DNA of 64,000 nt from Tubulanus polymorphus. Taxonomy: Eukaryota > Animalia > Nemertea. The notes under the pieces were generated by a model, which was not told where the DNA came from, did no database searches, and saw only the letters and a list, made by a program, of their open reading frames with translations. Below are positions 9,620 to 20,530 of this stretch, one piece after another. The DNA lies in the NCBI RefSeq assembly GCF_964204645.1, contig NC_134032.1, positions 2,814,175 through 2,878,174 of the forward strand, written 5' to 3'. Position 1 is the stretch's first letter. Each line of letters begins with the position of its first letter. Both the position numbers and the translations under genes were made by a program.

Positions 9620-11004
9620 ATGGTAGATAGTTTTCCAAAAGCTTTCCAATAAAATAAATCAATTAAATATAATATTCCAGCAATAGATTTTAATAAAGAT
9701 ATTACATATAGAAATGAAGTTTTAGATTCATTAATTGATTTATATATTTATGTTACTGAAAGTAATAATTTTCATGTAAAGATGGAAAATATATTTCATG
9801 TGTATACAATTAATTTCAAAAATTTAAATGAGGCAAAACAATGGTTATTAAAATCTAATATGAAGTATTGGCAGAACCAATTAAATTTTGCTGTTTATTG
9901 TGCAACAACAGGATGTGGAATTAGTTGGAATGATCATTTAAACAAACCAAGTTTACCATTGATGTTATCACTTTTTAGATTTCATACATATTTTCAAATA
10001 AAATTAATATTAGATGAATTAGAATGTCCTTTACCGGGTTCAAAATATTTTAAAGAATTGAATAATAATATTAATTTTTCTAAGTTTTATAAAATATGTA
10101 ATGAATTTAATATTAATTCAAATAAAGAGTTTAGAGCAAAAATTGGAACAATGGGTGGATTAGGAATATTATTTACTAAAGAATTTGGAAAAATAATGAC
10201 AAATTCAGATATAAGAACACTAAATTGGAATGAATTACCAAAATATTATAATAATATACAACAACAAAACAATAATGGTTGGGTTAATTTCTTTTTAGAA
10301 AATAGTGAAGGTTTTACTAAAGCTGGAATACTAAGAATAAATCAATCTATTAGAACTTATTTGATATGTATTCTAGGTGCACAAGTTGAAACAAGATCCC
10401 CAATAATTGGAAATGATAACACTTCATTCGATGCACAGAAACAATTTAAAGTATTATTTGAAGATTCCATTCATAATGATAAAAATAGATCGATTCCAGA
10501 AAACATTGATAACAAAGATATCAAAATTATTTAGATAAATCACATATTAGATTTAATTATTGTATAGGACCTAATCTATTAATTATTTCTAATGATTTAG
10601 TACTAAAGATGGGAAATATAATTGGTTATATTAATCTAATTAAAACTGCAACAATAAATAATTCATTTGGATTAAATGATATAAATAAAAAGATAATTAC
10701 TGCTCCAAAATTAATGGAAGGTGAAAAAAATAAAAAACACATTCAATCAACAGAAACTAAAACTAATAATATTAAATTAAATAATGATTCTGAAATGAAA
10801 TATTACAATACATCAGAAGATATTAAAACTGATATTATTCAACATGATATAATTAAACTAAATGATGATAATAAATCCCATGAAAATACTAAATTAGCTT
10901 TAACTTGTATAGGAATCGTAATCGGAGGAATATTATATTTTAAATTTTTTTATTATGTAAATGGCAGAAGGTGGAGAAGATATTGGAATGGATCCTTTAG
11001 ATGA
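9620..11004 (+). pseudogene. Viral protein with C-terminal TM anchor; nonsense and frameshift damaged
   Basis: TAAATG at 9620 is in frame with ORF 9782 (TAA at 9650-9652). WQNQLNFAVYCATTGCG, FRFHTYFQ; continues into 10609-11004 (LALTCIGIVIGGILYF). Confidence 0.65.
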
Positions 11005-12672
11005 ACCCGGTATAAGTGATGAACAACAACCTGATTTTGATGAAACAAGTTTCAGTAATGATAATAAAACGGCATATAATACTAATTTAGGTGAAGATGA
11101 TGATTATGATGGAATTAATTCCGAATTACGTGAAAAATTAATTAAATATTTACAAGCTCCTGAAAGTGGTAGAATTTCAACTAGAACAGAAAGAAAAGAA
11201 TTTATGGAACTATTAGTAGAACAACAAGAAAAATATCCTGATAAACATATGGAATTATATAAAATGAAATCTAGAGTAACATATACAATTGTTAACGAAT
11301 TATTACCAAAAGTTGTAATAGATGAAATTGATACTGAAGATGTTGTAAAACAAATTTTTAAAGATGACCCATATTTCACGAATAATTTGGAATTTAAAAA
11401 TGATTCCTGGTATTATAATGTTAATTTAAATAACAAAATTGTATCAATTCAATTATCTAGAATGGGTCAAGAAAATATTTTTGAACCTGGAATGCGAGCA
11501 TTATCTACAATTGAAGGTTCAAAAGGTGGTAGAGAATTTCTCAGAATTATATGGAATGCACTCGATAGAATAAATAAAGAAGAACCAATTCCTAATATTG
11601 ATATTAACAAATATTCACCATTTAAAAATCCAAATCCAAATCCTAATGATGTTGATCCAGAAATGGAAGAGTATGGGAATCGATTAGATAAATTAAGATC
11701 TTCAACACCAGAAACATCGAGAAGAGATATTCAACAAATTGATAATGATTCAAATCAATTACAATTAACATTAGAAAAACAATTTGATAGATTAAGAGAT
11801 TCAGATTAAGAACAGATGAATTGTATATCAGATACATCTGGTCCTGAAACTGGAATAAATCGAATACTATCTTTACTAGAAAAAGGATTACTTGATTTAA
11901 ATGAAGAACAATTGAACATATTTCCTGAAAAAGCACGTGGAGAAATTAAAGGTGTACAAATATCAGCTGGTGAAATTGCTAATATTAAGATGAGATTTTC
12001 TAAAATAACCATGTTAGATAAAGAATTAGCTAATGCAAATGAAGAATTAAAACAATTAGAATTAAATAAAAATCTTCAAGTAATAGAGGAAGCTGATTAT
12101 GAAAGCAGAAAGTTAGCTGTAGAAAAAGAAATAGATGATTTAGAATATAACACAGAATTACAAAAAGAAGAAAGAGATACATTATTAAAATCATATGATC
12201 TTAATCATATTAAAAAATCAAAAGTTATTTCTAAAGATTTGTTGATAAAACCAAATTCTAAAATATCATTAAAAGATAGAATAGCATTATTATTTAAACT
12301 AGAAGGTATAACAATTCTTTCAATTCTAACAGCTGTAACTATGGTATTTACAACAATAGGTTTAGCAATATCAAATGCTTTAAAATCTACTCCTACTCCT
12401 ACTCCCAATAAACCGGATAAACCCCCAGATAATAATTCTATACAAGATAAAGTTAAAGATGGTTTAAAGAAATTAGCAAAATATTTATGGGAACTATCTA
12501 AAAAATCTGCTGCAGCATTACCAGGAATTATTGCATCAATTGTTGGTTTTATATTGAATCTGCAGGGAATATTATTAATTTTGCTGCTGAACATATTATT
12601 TTATTTTCAATTACAGTTGTAAGTGCTATTATTTTTGGGTTAGTAAATATGATATCAAAAAATATCAATTAA
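10961..12672 (+). pseudogene. Coiled-coil/membrane protein, copy B (full length, damaged)
   Basis: ORFs 10961-11809 and 11816-12622 are in frame; frameshift near 12557. From 11273 onward it is homologous to base 1 onward. Confidence 0.8.
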
Positions 12673-12711
12673 ACATGATAAAAATAAATAATTAATTCTT
12701 TTGTTAAATAA

Positions 12712-13958
12712 ATGAGTGGGAGTTATATCAATCCTTCTAAGAATCATAGAATATCTAATGCTATTAAAGCAGAAAGATCACATCATATAATTACTCATAA
12801 CCCTTCAAATATTAATCCCGATGAAACTTTATACGTTAGAATTCCGAGATAAACACAAAATACTTTTTATGTTCCAAATAGTATTTATTCATCAGCCGAT
12901 ATAAAAGTAATCGATAATAATAATAATTATGTTGTTGATAATGTTGGAAGATATTTGATTAAAAAATTAACAATAAACATTGGTCCAGAAACAGTTTTCT
13001 CATTAGATGATTATAATTTATTTATGCATAATAAAGATTTATGGTTAACTAAAGAAAATAGAAATAACATGATATTTCAAGGCATTCAATCAGAAAACCA
13101 AAATAAATTAAGATCAAGAGCTAATGACGCAATAGTAACTCGTACCGCAGATAAATTGATAAAAAGTATATATGGAAGCAAATATAAAATTCCATTAGAC
13201 TTTGAATTGATAAATAACAATGCACCTTTATATAAATACGCAATTCAAGAAGACGTTATATTCGAAATAACATTTGCTCCTGTTAATGAATTTGTAATAT
13301 CTAGCGTTAATAAAGATATGAGTTATAAATTATCGAATATATGTTTAGAATATGATACAGTAACTGATGAAAATATTGCAAGTATAATTCAAACTCAATA
13401 CAATCAAGGATTTTCATTATTATATGATTATATTGATAAATTTAAAACTGTAACTATTAATGCAAATGATGAAATTATTAATGAGAATATTAACTTCCCA
13501 AGAAGATCTATTAAAGGTATATTAATATTTTTACCATTGCAACATATATTAATGGCGCAATAAATGTTGATAATTATTATAATCCTGAAATAACAAAAGT
13601 AGAAATAACTATCGAAGGAATAGCAAATAAAGTATTTTGTCAAGGAATGAGAATGATTGATCAATGGCCAGAAATTAGAAAACATTTTATGAATGAAAAA
13701 GTAAAATCATCTGAAAATTGTAATATTAATCAAATTGATTATTATACCGGCAATAAATATGCATTATGGTTAGATTTTAGAACAACAGAGGATAATTCAT
13801 TACATGGTTCTGGAAAAAAATTACAAAACACTAAAGATGGAATACAATTATTCATGACAAAGAATAAAGGAATCAAAAATTTTAAAATGCACATTTATAT
13901 TATATCTGACGCGCAATTAAATATTGTAAATTCTCAATTAAATAGTGTTATGTATTAG
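12712..13958 (+). pseudogene. Major capsid protein copy B, pseudogenised
   Basis: Highly similar to 1392-2639; TAA near 12850 (TTA in copy A) and frameshift near 13530. Confidence 0.85.
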
Positions 13959-13990
13959 AATTTTAACTTTAATAAAAATATATATAATAA

Positions 13991-14578
13991 ATGGAAGGAG
14001 GTAAAGTATATAAACATATTCCATACATCGATACACATGAAAATAATGATGGTTTATATTATGTAATACCTTGTAATATAGCTTTGATATTTGATCCTAT
14101 TTTCAAAATTTATAAAACTAAACTAATAGAAATAGATAATAATAAAAGTGGTGTTGTTGATAATTTAAGTAATGTAATTGATAATAATGTAATACCTTCT
14201 ACATCTAATAATGTAATACCTACTACATCTAATAATGTAATACCTACTATATATAATAATGTAATACCTACTACATCTAATAATGTAATAACTTCTACAT
14301 CTAATAATGTAATACCTTCTACATCTAATAATGCAATAATATTAAATGTTAGTGAAAATAGAAATTATTGTGATTATTGTAAAGGCGAATTTTCAAACGC
14401 TCCATCAAATTGGAATAAACATATGAATACAAATTCACATATTACTAATGTTATAGAACGTGTTGGTAAAAAAGAATTTATAGAACACCCATTTAGATAT
14501 GTTACAAAGTTTGTTTCAAATCAAAAAGTAAATGGTAAAGAATTATATGAAGATTTATTATTAGCAACACCTAATTAG
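13991..14578 (+). CDS. Protein with 8-aa tandem repeats (NNVIPTTS x~6) and a C2H2-type zinc finger; probably frameshifted at the 3' end
   Basis: 24-bp repeat at ~14183-14335; CDYC-x12-HMNTNSH; TAAATG start. Confidence 0.6.
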   Translation: MEGGKVYKHIPYIDTHENNDGLYYVIPCNIALIFDPIFKIYKTKLIEIDNNKSGVVDNLSNVIDNNVIPSTSNNVIPTTSNNVIPTIYNNVIPTTSNNVITSTSNNVIPSTSNNAIILNVSENRNYCDYCKGEFSNAPSNWNKHMNTNSHITNVIERVGKKEFIEHPFRYVTKFVSNQKVNGKELYEDLLLATPN

Positions 14579-14854
14579 ATTCAACCGATGCTATTAAATT
14601 AGAATCAAACATTGTAAATGAAATATTAGGAGCAAACACTAATAAAGATAATAATGAAAATACAGGAAAGCGCATTGATAATAAAGATTCTATCAAACTT
14701 AAATCAGAAAATAGAGATATAGTTGAGATGACTAATAAGTATATCAATAAACCAATTATTTATGAAGATACGGTAGAGCATTAGAATAAATTGTTAGGGT
14801 CTGATAGTGAAAGTGATTCAGAAATTGATTATCTAACACTCAAAAAGTAATAAA

Positions 14855-15200
14855 GGTTGAAAATTGTAAAAAATAATAGTAAATAAAAAAGGGGGTTTTA
14901 AGTATTAAGGTATTTAATACATATCTAATACGTATCTAATACGTATCTAATACGTATCTAATTCGTATCTAATACGTATTATTTGAAAATACCTTAAATT
15001 ATATTTCTTTTTTAAATTTATATTGAAACCTCAGTAATAATAAATAACCTTTATTATTTTCAAACTTATTCATATATTAGTTGAAAAAAATAAAAATAAA
15101 TTGGTTGAAAATTGTATGAATAATATTTATTTTAAAAAAGGGGGTTTTAAGTATTAATGTATTTAATACGTATTTAATACGTATTTAATACGTATTAGAT
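14855..15200. repeat. Two arrays of 11-bp TAATACGTATY units within a ~245-bp tandem duplication
   Basis: ~14915-14980 (x6) and ~15165-15196 (x3), each preceded by AAAAAAGGGGGTTTTAAGTATTAA. Confidence 0.9.
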
Positions 15201-15819
15201 AGATATATAATTAATTATTTTATACATTTATATTCATATGGAAATTGTAAACTCAGTAATAATTTTGAACCTTTATTATTCTTTAATTTATTCATCATGT
15301 AATTCAGTAGGTATAATTTGATTTTCTTCCAATGATTGTTGCGTAGATTTTTTATCTTTGTTATAAAATAAAACTAGAAATCTTATATTCTCCCTAAAGT
15401 CTTTAACAATTGAATTATATTTTTGATTTAAAACCCATGTTGTTATCCCAAATGTCTCCCAGAGAAAGCTAGATAACATAACTCACTTTCTCTCACTTTT
15501 GAATCATTTGTAAATTTGCACAATCATCTATAATGAATAATGTATTTGATCCTTTATAAGTATCAATTGCGATTTTAATACAATTATCTAAATTTTCTTT
15601 TACTGTTTTAGGATCTAATATAATAAACTTTTTCATCTTAACTATATTTCTATTATATGTTTTATGCATTTCATAAGTAGGGCAGAATAATATTATGTTA
15701 TCAAAATGATTCTTATAAATAGTTTCTAACAAATCTAATATGAAATGTGTTTTACCACAATTGGTTACTCCAGTAACTAACATATTATGCGGTTCAAATA
15801 TAAATAAATCTTTATTCAT
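15200..15819 (-). pseudogene. Second A32/FtsK packaging ATPase, frameshifted
   Basis: GVTNCGKT, LFIIDDCANL, FGITTWVLNQKYNSIVKDFREN; paralog of 3798-4406. The 3' end is approximate. Confidence 0.88.
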
Positions 15820-16936
15820 TTATTCTTTTAATTTTACTAGATAAAATCCATTCATTAAATTTATCATCATATCCTTTATATTTCACCAAAGAATACTTTT
15901 TTCCTTTAAGAGTTTTTGTTTTCAATACTTTTTCTATTTTGTATTCTATTTCATCTGGATTTGGTACAAGTGATAATTCTTGTTCATAGAAATAACCTAA
16001 TATTTCTTCATCTTTTAGATCTTCTAGTTTATAAACAAAAGGTTTAGTTAATATTATCTTTTTAATCTTGAATATTTCTTCAGTAAAATTAGGGGTATAA
16101 CCTTTATAAAAGGTTTTTCTATATTTAGATATTCTAACGCGTTGTCCAATTTTAAATTTAGGTTCGCCGAAATCATGTGTAACAAACGCGCCATATAAAT
16201 TATTCCAAACTATTTCTGAATTATCTTCTTTTCTAGCTTGTATAGGTTTCATATTTATAGAACTATGTTTAGAATTATTATAACCTTTCACTAAATCATC
16301 TAACACATTGATATATTTATATGTTTCATTAGCAGTAAAATATTTCCACATTCTAGTTTTCAATGTTTTATTAAATCTTTCTATAATAGATGCTTTTTTA
16401 TCTGAATGTGTTGAAAAATAATCTACATCGTTATCAGATAATAGTTTTTTGAAATGTTTGTTCTAAAATTCCTTACCTTCATCAAATTGTATCTTATCTG
16501 GAAAAGCTTCTTTAAATATATTCTTAAAAGCATTTGTTACTATTCCAGTTTTATTTTTGATTGGAATTGACCATGCGTATCTACTGAATATATCTATAAC
16601 ATTCAGTATCCAAAAATATCCTTTGTTGTATTCCTCTAAGTTCTTCATGTCAATTAAATCAGCTTGCCATTGTTGATCGATATATGAAACCATAACTTTT
16701 CTTGTTAAATAAGTTTTATCCATTTTCTTGTGGATTTGATATGTTAGTTGATTTTGTAACCATAATCTTAGTTCACTATATTTTAAATCACCGTGTGGGT
16801 GCCGTACGGCACCATTTTCATTATCAGATTTAATTTTATTCCATAATTCTGAAACGTTAGAATATGATACTTCACTTTCTGGGTTATAATATAAATCTCT
16901 TAAATATTGTTCTTTTTTCATCTTATTTTAATCCAT
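15812..16936 (-). pseudogene. Second, divergent RVE integrase-chromodomain
   Basis: WQADLIDM, IDIFSRYAW, QFDEGKEF*, YKIEKVLK...VKYKGYDDKFNEWI. In-frame stop at 16463-16465. Confidence 0.9.
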
Positions 16937-16963
16937 TAATAATAATCTTGGTTTATTTTCAAT

Positions 16964-17070
16964 GACGGAACGTTCTTAGTTTTGCCGCGCCTAAACGGAC
17001 TTTTTAAGAAAGATTCGGCGTTTTCTTTTGTTTTAGCGAGCATTCTGGTGTCCCCATATGCATAGCAGGT
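16964..17070 (-). repeat. Diverged copy of the 42.2-42.9 kb satellite/MITE family abutting the viral region
   Basis: Reverse complement cctgctatgcatatggggacaccagaatg...aaagtccgtttaggcgcggcaaactaagaacgttccgt aligns by eye with ~42181-42290. Confidence 0.7.
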
Positions 17071-17317
17071 ATTGTGGAATTGTACACGATTGTCCTGATC
17101 AGCCACACCGTACAAACCACTAGTTCACTGAACCGCATTTATAACATCTCAAACCGATGCGCGGTATATGTTCTTATTTCAGCTGATGCGAAGTCGTGCG
17201 ACCAAATCTGCGCAAACTTTGTTATTTCTTCGATTTTGAGAAAGTTGATACCGAACGTGGAATCGTGTACGGAGAGGGAGCCAATATGACGGCGTATGAT
17301 CATGAAAAGGGTACAAC

Positions 17318-17767
17318 GTGAAACTCACACTGGTCGAAGGTGCTAATAACAGCCAAGCTGTAAACTCGACGATTAAGTATCTGAAATTGTATTTTGGAGA
17401 CAGAAAGAAACCTATAAAGATAAAGAGCTACTCGATTTCTCTATTAGTCGGTGGATTTGGTGCCGGATCGGTTTACATGAAGAAACACTTGCTGTTGTAT
17501 CACGGTGGACGTAAAGTTGAGTGTGGGAAATATCCGGAGAAAAAGATACTAGAGTATCGAATCGATGGTAATTTATTCAGCAAGGGGAATTGGGTTTCAT
17601 TGAGATGCACAAACGGCGATTTGTACGTTAATCATGCGCGCATGTCAATCCATCAAATTGTTAAGGCGCCGATGTACCAAAAGAAGGTTGGTTATCCAAT
17701 TTTCCGCCATTTGTCACATACCAATTATGGCACTGTGGATAACCTTACATTAAATGTTTGGTATTAA
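17318..17767 (+). CDS. Hypothetical protein (149 aa), unassigned
   Basis: Long ORF with protein-like composition; no motif recognised. Confidence 0.3.
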   Translation: MKLTLVEGANNSQAVNSTIKYLKLYFGDRKKPIKIKSYSISLLVGGFGAGSVYMKKHLLLYHGGRKVECGKYPEKKILEYRIDGNLFSKGNWVSLRCTNGDLYVNHARMSIHQIVKAPMYQKKVGYPIFRHLSHTNYGTVDNLTLNVWY

Positions 17768-17814
17768 CGAACTCGAAGTAAATAAAGATCATCAAAGCAC
17801 TACAGTACTTATAT

Positions 17815-18010
17815 TTTATTATAATTATAATTATAATTATAATCATTGTTATAATTATGATAATTATTATAATAAGTATAGTATAATTATTATAATAAGT
17901 ATAATTATTATAATTATTATTAATATTATTAATAATCATTAATTGTCACTAATTATTATTTATGCTATTATTATTATTTTTATTACCATTTTCATTACCG
18001 TTGCATGTAT
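17815..18010. repeat. (AAT/ATT)n low-complexity microsatellite
   Basis: Direct reading. Confidence 0.9.
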
Positions 18011-18394
18011 TATCATTGATATTGATTTAACTTTGTAAGCGATAGTGTAGTTGGCATTGATCGAATTGTGTGAAATGCGCAGTACGTTTTCCGTGTGAGC
18101 ATTTGTTTCGTTGGATCTCGGCCTAACAAAAAGAGAGATATAAAAATAAAAATTGGAGCATAGTTTTTATCATATCATATAATATGAAAAGAGAACGAAA
18201 ATTGTCCTTCAATATTTGAAACGACTACTAATTGTGTGTTTAATGTTTAGAATTTGCGGATGACGGGTTTCGATTATTAAATCTGTTCCTTGAGAAGAAT
18301 AACGTTCACCTTTTCTAAATGTTAAAATGTAAGAATAATTTTCTAAACAAATAGGTTGTTATTTACGCTGGTTTCAGAAGAAATATGATGGACC

Positions 18395-18525
18395 AACTGC
18401 TGCCAACAGCTGCAGCAGTAGCACCAGTAGCAGCATCAGCTGTAGAAGCAGCGGTAGCAGCAGCAGCATCAGCAGCTATATCAGCAGGAGCAGCAATAAC
18501 AGCATTAGTAGCACCAGCAGCAGCT
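18395..18525. repeat. Degenerate (GCA)n microsatellite
   Basis: Direct reading. Confidence 0.85.
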
Positions 18526-19298
18526 ATAGATTATTGAATAAAAATCAGAAGACTCAAATGGCAACTAACATTCCGCCAAAACAACATGGGGAGGAAACGC
18601 ATGCATCTAATCATTCGTCATACCGGCTACATTTATAACACCATCTAAAATACGACAATATATTTGTTTTTTTTTTCGTCAACTTCAGCGAATTCACAGT
18701 AATTTACCATTTACTGCAACCATCGCAACTATCACTTTCAACTGTAGCTACATCAACTGCAGCGAAAAGCAAAGATACGATTCTACTCCTCTCTACATGA
18801 ATTCAGGTTTTGTTATTCAGATTGTATGAGCTTGAAGACAAACTTCAGCTTCAAACACTGGAATCCTCTTAACGGCATCAAGGGCCATTTGTATTCAGTA
18901 CTGTAATTCCCATTGTGTTCATTTCAGTAATTTTGTGGCTGTAGGGTCCGAATGAAGGATCCAGAAATCTTTCTTTACAGAAAAACACCCCTGGTGAGAT
19001 CAACACTTTTCGAACCTAAAGGCCTACATTCTAATTCCTGACAGTTTCTAGATTCTAAACGATTTAGTTTTTTTTGCTTTTGGCGATAAATTCAGGCAAT
19101 CGTTTTTCAGAAATTTGGACAATGCGAGCTGTGAAGATGTGTTGGACCAATCAGACTCAAACATCTTGCACCTTTCCACTGCAAAATCGTTTTAAATGCA
19201 AAATGGGAGTGATAAATTTTATTATTCATATATAACATAATCATAATCATAGAGGTGTCATTCAACACATTCAACTGAGAATTTCATCAGATGAGATC

Positions 19299-19583
19299 AT
19301 GAACGCAATCAACATTCTAGTGGTCGGTGTTTTCTGTCTCGTCGTCGCCGATGAGGTTTTCACCGAGTTCCGCATTCAACAATATACTCGACTGCCAGAA
19401 TGTTTGATAGGCGACAAACACAGCGAGAAAAACTCACAAAATTGGGCGAAAACAAACCACGTGATCGCAAACAGAAATGTACGTAGCGTCGTCGAGTGCG
19501 GAGCTAATTGTATTGAAACTGCTTTTTGCATTTTTGAGGCAAATGGTAAAGCTCTACTGGAAAATCAATTGGCTGGATTTTAG
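19299..19583 (+). CDS. Possible first exon of a secreted PAN/apple-like protein
   Basis: Signal-peptide-like MNAINILVVGVFCLVVA; VRSVVECGANCIETAFC. Splice partners not resolved. Confidence 0.35.
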   Translation: MNAINILVVGVFCLVVADEVFTEFRIQQYTRLPECLIGDKHSEKNSQNWAKTNHVIANRNVRSVVECGANCIETAFCIFEANGKALLENQLAGF

Positions 19584-20264
19584 CTTTTGTCTCCGTTACT
19601 TTAAACAAGGGGCCAGCTACAAACTGCGCAAGTAAAAATAAAGTTAAATAAGAGACTGAAAATTATTTTACAAATAAAACAATTTTAGAAACATTAATGT
19701 TCTTTAGAACGACGGTCCCTCAACCCTCGTTATAATTCCACTTTATTATACGGTTTATTGTTCAGTGTATTCTGTTTCAGCGAAACCTTTGTTGAAGTGG
19801 CCCGTAACCTTTTAACTGAGAAAATGAAAGTTTCTCTCGCTGCAGAAAGCAGTAAAGCTGTTTTAGACATAGCACATCGTATCGGATCGGGAAGTAAGTG
19901 CCCAAATAGTTATCCGCCTCGCAGCGGGCAAATTGAAGCTATGACGTATAGCAAAAACCTAAAAGGTTCGAATTACTGCGAACGAGACCAACTACCCCTA
20001 AAAATGAATGATAGAGCAGCCGCCCAAATCAACGACTTCAAAGCGCTAAAAGACAATGAACAAAACCGTGTGAGAATGGTTCGAGATATGCTCATGCTGA
20101 ATGGTGAAATCAAGTGACCGGAGTTTCTCGCAACCCACTAACGCCCGACATAGTGGATTTAGTTGAAATTCACGAAACATTAATTCAATCAAAAATAAAA
20201 TCGATCGAAAATTGTGAGATTCGCGCTTGTACTATTCGTACTGAAAAGGTTCACGAAATCATTC

Positions 20265-20530
20265 ATTCTAAAAGCTCAGGTTTTTAGCGTTTAGTGGTTT
20301 GGAAGCAAATTCATCCCGATGTCGATATTTCGAATATCAGACCAGGTCCATTTTAGACAAAAACCCACAATAAAGAGAAAAACTATCTGGTAGCCACTTG
20401 TCTATGGAAACCAACAGGTCCATTTTCCTTCGTTTGACATTCCGAGGAATATTCCTCCCGAAGTCGATATGAATATCAGACCTGAAGGTCAAATTCTCTT
20501 CGTTTGACCTTGGAAGGAATATTCACAATC
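20265..20530 (+). repeat. Interspersed repeat with ~65-bp subunits and palindromic GGAGGAATATTCCTCC core (copy 1)
   Basis: Starts ttctaaaagctcagg; related copies at 40480-40748 (-) and 44036-44245 (+). Confidence 0.8.

Larger units (their letters stand above)
1..16960. mobile_element. Endogenous Polinton/Maverick-related (adintovirus/PLV-like) virus region, AT-rich, partly duplicated and decayed; left end lies outside the window
   Basis: Dense intronless ORFs: double-jelly-roll-like MCP (x2), penton-like minor capsid, RVE integrase-chromodomain (x2), A32/FtsK ATPase (x2). Sharp composition change to host-like DNA at ~16960. Confidence 0.9.

Noticed and set aside
967-16465. Repeated single in-frame TAA/TAG in viral genes, suggesting stop-codon reassignment or readthrough
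   Set aside because: Paralog comparison shows the stops replace different residues (TCA Ser at 967, TTA Leu near 12850, Lys at 3546), and frameshifts also occur. This is ordinary decay.
16930-16975. Canonical Maverick terminal inverted repeat and 6-bp TSD
   Set aside because: No AGT/AG-repeat terminus is visible and the other end is outside the window.
17745-17942. Ile/Asn/Tyr-rich ORFs (also 49001-49324)
   Set aside because: Translations of microsatellites.
19299-20117. Two-exon model joining ORF 19299 to ORF 19758
   Set aside because: The obvious donor (19546) is phase 1 and the acceptor (19780) needs phase 2, so the join is unsupported.
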